In this document: positions 39,168-47,812 of the stretch, piece after piece
Layout of the letters: each line of letters begins with the position of its first letter
How positions within the stretch are numbered: the first letter of the stretch is position 1
NCBI GenBank assembly: GCA_963692865.2
Contig: OY843592.1
Coordinates: forward strand, 2,336,001 to 2,400,000
DNA length: 64,000 bases
Direction: 5' to 3'
DNA from: a bacterium
GTDB taxonomy: Bacteria > UBA8248
Translations under genes and position numbers: made by a program
Notes under the pieces: generated by a model
What the model saw: only the letters and a program-made list of their open reading frames with translations
The model's database searches: none
Told to the model about the DNA's origin: nothing

Positions 39168-41300
39168 TTGGGTTTCCAGTTTTTGCACGGCGCGCTTCTT
39201 TGGGGGATGGGACTCGTTTTTCTTCCCATCCTGATTCACCTGCTGCGCAGGCGCCTCGTCCGCAGGTATCGGCTCCCCACTTTCGAGTTCCTGCTCAGAA
39301 CGCAGCGCCGCATCACGAATCGCAGCAGGCTGAGAAACTGGATACTCCTGTTTCTGCGCGTATGCGCCGTGGGGATCATCATCTTCCTGGCGTCGCGCCC
39401 CCTTCTCGAAACCGAAGGCGGCGTGTCGGGCGTCGGGTGGTTTCCCGTCCATACCGTCGCCGTGATCGACAATTCGGCGAGCATGGCGTTTGAGACCGAA
39501 AAGGGCAGTCGTTTCGACGTGGCCAAACGCGCCGTGGGGCGCATGATCGAGGACATGTCCGATTCGGACCGCATGAGCATCGCGGCGACCGTCGGAGAAC
39601 CGGCCGCCGCGCCGCTCAAGGAATTGAAGCGCAAGGAGGCCCTCGCGGCTCTGGAGCGGGTCCGCCAGACCGACGCCAAGGGTGCGCCCGCCCGTGTCGT
39701 TCGCCACGCGCTCGAGAACGCATCGCCCAAGGCGGGGCGGAGGAACATCGTCGTTTTCAGCGATTTCGCCCGGGGCGATTGGGCGTCGTTTCAGATTCGC
39801 AATCTCAAGCAATGGAGCCCGCACGCGCATCTGCAATTCGTGCGGGTGGCTCCTGAGGCGGGGGTGGAGGATCTGGGTTTTCAGGACGTGAAGATGAAGC
39901 CCTGGCCGCCCAAGGCGGGTTTCGCCTTCACCATCGGCGCGCGCGTCTTCAACCGGGGAGAGGAGAAGAAATCCAAAGTGCCCGTGCAGTTGTACGTGGG
40001 CGAAGAACTGCAGGAAACGATAGAGGTAGACGTGGAGCCGAACGGGGCGAGCCCGGTGAGTTTTCGGGTGAACGCGCCTGAAAAGGGCGTGCTCTACGGA
40101 CGCCTCGAGTTGCCGAAGGACAACCTCTCGGCGACGAACCGCTTCTACTTCGCTGCGGGCATCGGAAAGCGCCTGCGCGCGCTCGTCATCGACGGGGACC
40201 CGAAGCGCGGGCTGCAGGACAGCGAGACCTTTTTCGTCGTCAACGCCCTGAGCGCGGCTCCGCTGGGCGGAGAATCCCCGGTGCTGACGCGCGTCGTGGC
40301 GTCTTATGAACTGAACGGCGTGGAATGGGATGATTATGACTACGTCATCGCCTGCAACGTGGGCCGCTGGCCCGAGCCGGGGAGACAGAGGCTTAGAAGT
40401 TTCGTCGAAAAAGGCGGCGGCTTTCTCTGGGCGGGAGGCGAGTTGTCGAATGAGAAGACACCCGCGCTCGACTGGCTTCCTGCCACGCGGGGAGGCCCCG
40501 TGACGCTGCGCCCTTCCCGAAGCCTCAAGATCGCGCCGGGAGAAGAAGCGCATCCGGTCTTCTCTTTGCTGGGGGCGAACGGCGGACGGTTTTTCTCCGC
40601 CTTGCGTCTCGCCCGCATCACGCCGCTCGATCCTGCGAGAGGAGGACGCGCCTTGCTGGAGCTTCCCGATGGAACGCCCGTGCTCGTAACCGGTTCGGTG
40701 GGTTCGGGGCGTGTGATGGTCTGGGGCTCCACCTGTGATCGGGACTGGACCGACCTCGCCGTGCGGCCCGTTTTCGTCCCCTTCATGAGGGGAGTCTCGG
40801 ACTTTTTGGGCGGCACCCGAAAGGGCGTATCCTCATCCGCCGATGCGGGAGATTCATTCGAGATTCGAGCGCCTCTGCAGCGGGCGGGGGAGGCGGTGCG
40901 AATACGCGGGCCGGCCGGAGCGGAGCGCGTGATTCAATTCAGGGAAAGAACACCGGACCTCGAAGCCGCGCCCGCCGATGGCCTGAGGCTGGGCAAGGCG
41001 GGCGGCGGCGCCGCCGTCGCCTATTTCCGGGATGCCCGGCGCGCGGGTTTTTATCGCGTGCTCACGCCCGATGAAAAACATTTCGTTGCCGTGAACGCGC
41101 CCGCATCCGAGGCGAAAATCACCCCCGTGGAGATGAGCACGCTCAAGGAGAAGTTCGAGAAACTCGACGTGCGCGATCTGCCTGCGGACGACTCGGACCC
41201 GCTGCGTTCCATCTTGAGGCTCATCGACCTGGGCGCGCTTCTTTTTCTCGCGCTGGGGGGGATATTCGTCGCCGAGGCGTTTTTGGCGGACAGGACTTGA
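39168..41300 (+). CDS. BatA N-terminal + vWA domain membrane protein
   Basis: LPILIHLLRRR, LLFLR..RP, IDNSASM, FSDF, C-terminal TM. Confidence 0.9.
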   Translation: MGFQFLHGALLWGMGLVFLPILIHLLRRRLVRRYRLPTFEFLLRTQRRITNRSRLRNWILLFLRVCAVGIIIFLASRPLLETEGGVSGVGWFPVHTVAVIDNSASMAFETEKGSRFDVAKRAVGRMIEDMSDSDRMSIAATVGEPAAAPLKELKRKEALAALERVRQTDAKGAPARVVRHALENASPKAGRRNIVVFSDFARGDWASFQIRNLKQWSPHAHLQFVRVAPEAGVEDLGFQDVKMKPWPPKAGFAFTIGARVFNRGEEKKSKVPVQLYVGEELQETIEVDVEPNGASPVSFRVNAPEKGVLYGRLELPKDNLSATNRFYFAAGIGKRLRALVIDGDPKRGLQDSETFFVVNALSAAPLGGESPVLTRVVASYELNGVEWDDYDYVIACNVGRWPEPGRQRLRSFVEKGGGFLWAGGELSNEKTPALDWLPATRGGPVTLRPSRSLKIAPGEEAHPVFSLLGANGGRFFSALRLARITPLDPARGGRALLELPDGTPVLVTGSVGSGRVMVWGSTCDRDWTDLAVRPVFVPFMRGVSDFLGGTRKGVSSSADAGDSFEIRAPLQRAGEAVRIRGPAGAERVIQFRERTPDLEAAPADGLRLGKAGGGAAVAYFRDARRAGFYRVLTPDEKHFVAVNAPASEAKITPVEMSTLKEKFEKLDVRDLPADDSDPLRSILRLIDLGALLFLALGGIFVAEAFLADRT

Positions 41301-41363
41301 GGAGGGGGAAATTCCCTGCGCTTTCCCTCACCCGGATCGAATCATAACGTTTCATGAATTTGC

Positions 41364-41421
41364 GTGGTCCCGTGCCGCTCCACCCCAATCGGGGCGGAGC
41401 GGCTCGGGCGGACGGGACCAC
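41364..41421. other. Long GC-rich hairpin downstream of the MoxR operon
   Basis: Nested stems GTGGTCCCGT/ACGGGACCAC, GCCGCTCC/GGAGCGGC and CCCC/GGGG; no U-tract. Confidence 0.5.
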
Positions 41422-41550
41422 TGGAACTTATCCTTGGAACAATATGATTTTGAAGGCGATAGGTCGCCTGCCTTTTCCGCCCCTATTTTCACACAAAGAC
41501 GGTCATGGTATCAAGTAAAAAATGACTCAAGCGCGAGGTAGCCGCTTTTC

Positions 41551-41564
41551 CATAAGCGCTTATG
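41551..41564. promoter_or_regulatory. Perfect 14-bp palindrome, candidate LacI-type operator
   Basis: CATAAGCGCTTATG, next to -10-like TAATAT/TATATT upstream of 41633. Confidence 0.5.
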
Positions 41565-41632
41565 TGGTAATATATTGAGTAACATCTCGAAAACAACAGT
41601 TAAACTATTGATATTTAGAGGATAATTTCGTT

Positions 41633-42469
41633 ATGAACATGTCCCGGGATGAAATCGTGGCCCGCCTGCGGAGCGAGAGGGACGCCGGACGCGCCGTCTA
41701 CGACGCGCTTTGCGGAAGCGGCATCACGGCGAAATTCGCCGCGCGCGGCGGAGCGGACCTCGTCACCACCTTCAATCTCGCCTACTACAGAATGCAGGGC
41801 TTGAGCTCGATGGCGGGCTATCTTCCCATCGGGGACGCGAACGCCATCACGCTCGAACTGGGCGAGCGCTCCATCCTGAACGTGGTGAGGGAATGCCCCG
41901 TCATCGCGGGCCTTCTGGGCGCGGACCCTACGAGAGACATGTTCAGGTTCGTGGACAAAATCCAGGCCGCCGGTTTCCACGGGGTGATGAACTGCCCCAC
42001 GGTCGCCCTCATCGACGGGAATTTCAGGAAAGACCTGGAAGAAACCGGCATGGGCTTTTCGAAAGAAGTAGACCTTCTGGGCTACGCGAGCCGGAAGGGC
42101 ATGTTCACCAAAGCGTTCACGACCACGCCGGATGAGGCCCTCGCCATGGCGGAGACGGGCGTGGACAACATCATCATCCATTTCGGGAACAGTTCGGGCG
42201 GCTCCATCGGCTCCAGGACCGTCATGCCGCTCGATGAGGCCGCGGGGAGGGCGGCGGCCGTCTTCGACGCGCTTTTGCCGAAATACGAGGAGAGAATCTT
42301 CACCTGCCATGGGGGGGCGATAGAGACGCCCGCCGATTTCGAGAGGCTTCTCGACATGGAAAGCCACTTCGACGGCTACGTGGGCGGCTCCTCCGCCGAG
42401 CGCTTTCCGGTGGAGGAGGCCGTGCCCAGGGCGGCGCAGGGCTTCAAGTCGGTGAGGCTTCGGAAATAG
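41633..42469 (+). CDS. Phosphoenolpyruvate-hydrolase-like TIM-barrel protein
   Basis: GSGITAKFAARGGADL, YLPIGDAN, PTVALIDGNFRKDLEETGMG, CHGG, GGSSAERFP. Confidence 0.92.
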   Translation: MNMSRDEIVARLRSERDAGRAVYDALCGSGITAKFAARGGADLVTTFNLAYYRMQGLSSMAGYLPIGDANAITLELGERSILNVVRECPVIAGLLGADPTRDMFRFVDKIQAAGFHGVMNCPTVALIDGNFRKDLEETGMGFSKEVDLLGYASRKGMFTKAFTTTPDEALAMAETGVDNIIIHFGNSSGGSIGSRTVMPLDEAAGRAAAVFDALLPKYEERIFTCHGGAIETPADFERLLDMESHFDGYVGGSSAERFPVEEAVPRAAQGFKSVRLRK

Positions 42470-42526
42470 GCGCGGGCGTGTCGGGGCGTGATCTTTCAGA
42501 AAGTCGATTTTCTGGGGTAAGGGAAT

Positions 42527-43774
42527 ATGTCGAATCCGGGCGTAGCCGTATTGGTGACGATGGACAGCAAGGGGCCTGAGGCGCGCTTTCTGGCGGATGC
42601 GCTGGAAGAGTGCGGCGTCCGGCCTCTTCTGGTCGACTTGTCCTGCAGGCCGCATGAGGCGGGCGGGGCGGACGTCGGTGGTGAGCAAGTGGCCGCCGCG
42701 GCGGGGCGGGACTGGGACGACCTGGGCCGGATGGAGAGAAACGCCGCCTCCGAAGTCATGATGGAAGGCGGCAGGCGGGTCGTGTCCGAAAAATTCCAAA
42801 ACGGCGAGATACACGGCGCGGTCGGTCTCGGCGGGGCGAACGGGACCTCGATGGCCTGCGCCATCATGCGCGCGCTGCCGCCCCTCGCGCCCAAGGTGAT
42901 GGTGAGCGTCGTCGCCGCCACGGCGGCCGTGCAGTGGTACGTGGCCGAGAGCGACATCATCATGTTCCCCTCCATCGGCGACATATCCCTGAACCGCATC
43001 ACGCGCGGCGTGCTGACGAACGCGGCTCTCGCTCTCGCGGGCATGGTGAAGCGAGAGAACACGGCGGAAATGAGCGATAGCTCCGCGCCGCCCCTCATCG
43101 GGGTGTCTTCTTTCGGCGGCACGGCGGCCTGCGTCGAGCGTGTGGAGAAGCGGCTCACCGAAGCTGGCTATGAGGTCATGTTCTTTCACGCATCGGGACC
43201 GGGTGGACGCGCGCTCGAGTCTTTGGCCGGGCTGGGCGAACTGGCAGGGGTGGTGGACGTCACCACCCACGAACTCACCGACCTGCTCGTGGACGGCGTG
43301 TACAGCGCGGGCGCGGGCAGGCTCGAGGCGGCGGGGGCCGCGGGCATTCCCCAGGTCGTCGTTCCGGGCGCGCTCGACCACGCGAATTTCTGGACGGGGC
43401 AGGCGCCCGAGAAATATCGGGGGAGAGCGTTTTTCCAGTACAACGCCCAGAACCTCCTCATGCGCACCAACAAGGAGGAGTTCGAAGCCCTGGGCGTCCT
43501 GATGGCGGAAAAACTCAACCGCGCCAAGGGGCCCCTCTCCGTTTTGATACCCGCGAGGGGCTACAGCGAACACACCAAACGCAAGGCGCACGATCTGGAA
43601 GGGCGCGAGGTAGGGGATTGGCGTCAGCCCGAGGTGGACGCCGCTTTTGAGGTCTCGCTCAGGGAGCACCTGACGGCGGGTGAGATCATCACGCTCGATA
43701 TGCACATCAACGACCCGGCCTTCGCCGATGCGTGCGCGGAGAAGATGATCGAGATGCTCGCGCGGGACGGATAG
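42527..43774 (+). CDS. Tm-1-like ATP-binding domain protein (UPF0261)
   Basis: TMDSKGPE, GLGGANGT, PKVMVS, FHASGPGG, DVTTHE, VPGALD, HINDPAFA. Confidence 0.93.
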   Translation: MSNPGVAVLVTMDSKGPEARFLADALEECGVRPLLVDLSCRPHEAGGADVGGEQVAAAAGRDWDDLGRMERNAASEVMMEGGRRVVSEKFQNGEIHGAVGLGGANGTSMACAIMRALPPLAPKVMVSVVAATAAVQWYVAESDIIMFPSIGDISLNRITRGVLTNAALALAGMVKRENTAEMSDSSAPPLIGVSSFGGTAACVERVEKRLTEAGYEVMFFHASGPGGRALESLAGLGELAGVVDVTTHELTDLLVDGVYSAGAGRLEAAGAAGIPQVVVPGALDHANFWTGQAPEKYRGRAFFQYNAQNLLMRTNKEEFEALGVLMAEKLNRAKGPLSVLIPARGYSEHTKRKAHDLEGREVGDWRQPEVDAAFEVSLREHLTAGEIITLDMHINDPAFADACAEKMIEMLARDG

Positions 43775-43794
43775 AATCGGCTCGCCTCCATCGC

Positions 43795-44239
43795 GGGTTT
43801 GTTGAAAAAGTCTTCCTGGCAAGGGGGGGGCACGGCAAGGAGGGCAATCCCTCACGGCGTGCGTGGGCGCGATGGTTTTGTAGGGACAACCCTCCGTGGT
43901 TGTTCTTCGTCAGGACGGGCACGGAGGCCTGTCCCTACGGTGAACAATTCGATGCTCGGGATTCCTTCCCCTTTGAGGGGGTTGTTGAAAAACCTCGATG
44001 TGGGAGGGTATGCCGTCATTCCGGCGAAAGCCGGAATCCATTTTTACGCCTTTTGCCTTTCGTCCGGGTTCCCGCGCATCGGCGGGGAATGAAACGCCGC
44101 CGTGTATTCACCCGCACCCGCAAATGGATTCCGGCTTTCGCCGGAATGACGAACAAAAGCGAGGAGCAAAACCACATTCCCGCATTGGGCGACACTCTTT
44201 GCAACATTACTTTCCCCGGGAGGATTTTTCAACAGCTCC
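43795..44239. mobile_element. Nested TIR-bounded elements carrying REP doublets
   Basis: Left ends GGGTTTGTTGAAAAA (43795) and GGGGGTTGTTGAAAAA (43977), right end TTTTTCAACAGCTCC (44225); GTAG doublet 43880-43938; CGTC doublet 44014-44151. Confidence 0.75.
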
Positions 44240-44329
44240 AAAGCAGGGGGTGTTTTGCCCTCAAATGTTTTAAGATGCGCCCGGATGTCTTCATTCTCTT
44301 CAAATCATCGACTTGGAAGGACGATTCAG

Positions 44330-46054
44330 ATGGCGGGAAACACCGCGGAGGAACGCCACGAGACCGACGTGTTGATCGTGGGCGGGGGCGCGGCCGGCAC
44401 GATGGCCGCCTTCGAATGCGCGCAGGCGGGCGTGCGCGTCATCCAGGCCACCAAGGGCAGGGCAACCAGCGGTACGACGACCGTGGCGCGGGGCGGGTTC
44501 GCCGCGGCGGTGGCGCCGGGCGACGGCCCCGAGCTTCATCTGCGGGAAATCCTGAAATACGGCGGCGAACTCATCGACCCCGAACTGGCGAGAACCTGGG
44601 TGTACGACATCATCGACGTCGTGCGCGACCTGCGCGAGTGGGGGGCGGAGTTCATCACGGACGAGGGCGGCGGCCTCGACCTCAAGATGTTCCCGAGCCA
44701 CACTTATCCGCGCGCCCTGCACCACCACGACACCACCGGCAACATGGTCACCAAGGTGCTCTCGAAGCGTCTTCGGGGCGACGCCCGCATCGGCCAGCAC
44801 CCCCATACGGCCATCGTGGACCTCATTACCGAAGAAGGCCGCGTCATCGGCGCGTGGGGGGTGGACTACTCGCGAGGGTGTCTGATGGTGTACGCCGCGC
44901 GCGAGGTGATTCTGGCCACGGGAGGCGGGAGCGGCCTTTTCTACGTGAACGACAACCCGCCGCAGGTGACGGGCGACGGCTACGTGCTGGGTTTCCGGGC
45001 GGGCGCCTCTCTCCTCGGGGTCGAGATGATCGACTTTCAGGCCATGTGCTGCGCGCCCGAGGAGCTTTTCGGCTTCGCTCCCCATCCGACGGGATTCATC
45101 AACGCGGGCGCCATATTCCTGAACCAGGAGGGGGAAGCGTTCCTGAAGCGTTATTTTCCCGACACGGCGGAAAAGAGCACGCGCAGCGAGGTCATCCTCG
45201 CCATGGCGAAGGAGATTCACGCAGGGCGGGCGGGCCTCACGGGCGGCATCTACATGGACGCGACGAAAGTTCCCATGGAGACGATCCAGAAACAGATTCC
45301 CCACGTGTACAAAACCTGCCTCTCGCGCGGCATCGACATCACCAAGACGCCGCTCGAGGTGGCGCCGGGCAGCCATACCTGGCTCGGCGGTCTCGAGATC
45401 GACACAGACGGCAGGACGCGCGTGCCGGGACTATGGGCCGCGGGCGAGACGGGGGGCGGCATCCACGGCGGAAACCGCATCGGCGGTTCCGCGCTTTCGG
45501 CCTCATTGGTCTACGGGAGGCGGGCCGGGAAGGCGGTTTCCGCGCAGGTGAAAGCGAGTGGGCGGGACGCGCCTGCGGTTTTTGGCGGCATTCCAGAGGC
45601 GGAGCGCGTCTGGCTGGAAGCGCTCATCGATCGTGCGGAGGGGCCGCTGCAGAAGGACGTGCGCATGCGCTGCCGGATGCTCGCGCACGAGAAACTCGGC
45701 CCCATACGCGACGCCGGGGGCTGCCGGTACGCGCTGGAAGAGTATGCGCGCATCGAGAACGAGGACATCCCCCGCATGCGGCTCGATGACGGCGCGCGCG
45801 CGTCGGCGAAAACGAAAGGCCAGGAACTCGAAAGCGCGCTCTCGGTCCGCAATCTGGCGCTTCTGGGGAAACTCCTCGCCACCGCCGCCCTGAACAGGAA
45901 TGAGAGCCGGGGGGCGCATTTCCGGCTGGATTATCCCGAGACGGACGAGGCGGACTGCAGTTTCGTGACGCGCCTTACGCGCGGAGAGGCAGGCGAAATT
46001 TTATTCGATAAGGACCCGCTCAAGACGTATACGCCCGCAGCGGCCCGGGAATAG
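44330..46054 (+). CDS. SdhA/FrdA/NadB-family flavoprotein of unknown substrate
   Basis: IVGGGAAG, ILATGG, TGDG, HTWLGG, AAGE, HGGNRIGG, RNESRGAHFRLDYP. Confidence 0.9.
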   Translation: MAGNTAEERHETDVLIVGGGAAGTMAAFECAQAGVRVIQATKGRATSGTTTVARGGFAAAVAPGDGPELHLREILKYGGELIDPELARTWVYDIIDVVRDLREWGAEFITDEGGGLDLKMFPSHTYPRALHHHDTTGNMVTKVLSKRLRGDARIGQHPHTAIVDLITEEGRVIGAWGVDYSRGCLMVYAAREVILATGGGSGLFYVNDNPPQVTGDGYVLGFRAGASLLGVEMIDFQAMCCAPEELFGFAPHPTGFINAGAIFLNQEGEAFLKRYFPDTAEKSTRSEVILAMAKEIHAGRAGLTGGIYMDATKVPMETIQKQIPHVYKTCLSRGIDITKTPLEVAPGSHTWLGGLEIDTDGRTRVPGLWAAGETGGGIHGGNRIGGSALSASLVYGRRAGKAVSAQVKASGRDAPAVFGGIPEAERVWLEALIDRAEGPLQKDVRMRCRMLAHEKLGPIRDAGGCRYALEEYARIENEDIPRMRLDDGARASAKTKGQELESALSVRNLALLGKLLATAALNRNESRGAHFRLDYPETDEADCSFVTRLTRGEAGEILFDKDPLKTYTPAAARE

Positions 46055-46090
46055 AAAGCGGGTAGCAAACGGAAGGAAAGGAACCAGGAT

Positions 46091-46981
46091 ATGGCGCAGG
46101 CGAAAGTAGGCGTGGTCGGTTTGGGGAACATGGGGCGCGGCGTCGCCGGCAATCTGCACAAGGCGAAAATCCCCTTGATGGTCTGGGACGTGGCGCCCGA
46201 GGCGAGAGAGTCCTGGGAGAGAAAGCGGGGCGTGGAGGTGCTCGAACCGGGCGAAATGGCGGGGCAGGCGGGCATCATTTTCTTCGTGGTTCCGGGTTCG
46301 CCGGAAATCGAGGAGGCGCTCAAGGGGAGGAATGGGGTTCTGGCGAACGCGAGAAAGAATCTCGTGATCTACGACTTCACGAGTTCGGATCCCGCGGTGA
46401 GCCGAAAGATCGCCCGCCGCGCGAAGGCGAAGGGGGTGGCCTATCTCGACGCCGGCATGAGCGGAGGCGCTACGGGCGCCGCCGCGGGCACGCTGACGCT
46501 CATGATAGGCGGGGACGAGAAGGCCTTCCGCCGCACGAAGCGCTTCCTGGATCCCATCGCCGATGACCTCTTCCATCTCGGCGAGAGCGGCGCCGGCCAT
46601 GCGATGAAACTGATCCACAACATGGTCTGCCACTCCATCTTCATGGCGACGTGTGAGGGAGGAAAGCTCGCGGAGAAGGTGGGCCTCAAGGTCGAGGACA
46701 TGATCAACGTGTTCAACGTCTCGAACGCGCGGAGCTATGCGAGCCAGTTCCGTTTCCCCAAGCATATATTGTCGGAAAAATGGGACGGCAAATCGCGCGT
46801 ATACAACATGATCAAGGACGTCGGCATGGCCGTAGAGATGGGCAAGAAGCACAGGGCGCAGACGGCGCACGGGGAAGCCACGCTCGAGTTTCTGGAAAAG
46901 GCCGTCAAGCGCGGGATGATCGAAAAAGATTTCACGTTGTTGTATCGTGATTATGAGAAGATCGTGAAGACGCGCTTGTAG
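46091..46981 (+). CDS. Beta-hydroxyacid dehydrogenase (HIBADH/tartronate semialdehyde reductase family)
   Basis: VGLGNMG, LDAGMSGG..GTLTLMIGG, GAGHAMKLIHN. Confidence 0.93.
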   Translation: MAQAKVGVVGLGNMGRGVAGNLHKAKIPLMVWDVAPEARESWERKRGVEVLEPGEMAGQAGIIFFVVPGSPEIEEALKGRNGVLANARKNLVIYDFTSSDPAVSRKIARRAKAKGVAYLDAGMSGGATGAAAGTLTLMIGGDEKAFRRTKRFLDPIADDLFHLGESGAGHAMKLIHNMVCHSIFMATCEGGKLAEKVGLKVEDMINVFNVSNARSYASQFRFPKHILSEKWDGKSRVYNMIKDVGMAVEMGKKHRAQTAHGEATLEFLEKAVKRGMIEKDFTLLYRDYEKIVKTRL

Positions 46982-47006
46982 ATTCGATTTCAACTGGAGT
47001 TCTCCG

Positions 47007-47621
47007 ATGAAACTGGTGGTGGGCGTAACGGGCGCTTCCGGTTCGATATACGGCGTGCGCTTGATGGAAGTGTTGCACGACGCGTATCCCGAAGTGGAGA
47101 CCCACTTGGTCGTCTCCAGGGCGGGCATCCGCGTCCTGACCTATGAGACGGAAGCGGACCTCGCAAAGCTCTCTTCGTGGGCGAGCGTCGTTCATCCCGA
47201 GAGCGATATCGGGGCGCGGCCCGCGAGCGGGAGCGCGGCCTTCGACGCGATGGTAATCGCGCCTTGCTCGCTCAAGACGCTCGGCCTGATAGCCACCGGC
47301 ACGGGAGACAACCTCATCTGCCGCGCGGCGGACGTGATGCTCAAGGAGCAGAAAAAACTCGTTCTCCTGCCGCGCGAGATGCCGCTTTCGGCGATTCACC
47401 TGGAAAACATGCACAAACTCGCCCTGATGGGCGTTTTCATCCTGCCTGCGTCGCCGGGGTTTTATTTCAAGCCGCAGACGATGGAGGATCTGATCGATCA
47501 TGTGGTGGGCAAGACGCTCACGTGCCTGGGGCTGGAGCAAAACCTTTTCGAGCGCTGGCGGGGCCAGCACCCGGAGCGCAGGAGCCTCGCGGCGCGAAAT
47601 GACGGGGAGACGAGCGAATGA
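47007..47621 (+). CDS. ubiX: Flavin prenyltransferase UbiX
   Basis: VGVTGASG, ASGS, IAPCSLKTL, RAADVMLKE, PREMPL..IHLENM, PGFY. Confidence 0.96.
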   Translation: MKLVVGVTGASGSIYGVRLMEVLHDAYPEVETHLVVSRAGIRVLTYETEADLAKLSSWASVVHPESDIGARPASGSAAFDAMVIAPCSLKTLGLIATGTGDNLICRAADVMLKEQKKLVLLPREMPLSAIHLENMHKLALMGVFILPASPGFYFKPQTMEDLIDHVVGKTLTCLGLEQNLFERWRGQHPERRSLAARNDGETSE

Positions 47622-47812
47622 ACGAACGAGCAGAGATCGCCGCGCAACTGGTGCGGATGGGGCGGGAAGTCTTCGGTTTGGAAGACGAGGAGCGGGTTGC
47701 CGGGTTTGCCGATGAGGTGGCGGAGATGATGGAGACGCTGTCGTCCGCCTCGATCGAGAAAACCCAGGAGCCTTTCCCCCCTCTCTTCGATGCTTCCCGA
47801 GAAGAAAAATAA
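47618..47812 (+). CDS. Small acidic protein, possibly a GatC/AtzG-like amidase partner
   Basis: ATGA overlap with ubiX; 64 aa, helical, ending TQEPFPPLF like GatC-type C-termini. Confidence 0.55.
   Translation: MNERAEIAAQLVRMGREVFGLEDEERVAGFADEVAEMMETLSSASIEKTQEPFPPLFDASREEK

Noticed and set aside
44330-46054. Calling this sdhA or nadB
   Set aside because: Key substrate and FAD-linking residues differ and there is no sdhB or nadA/nadC context.
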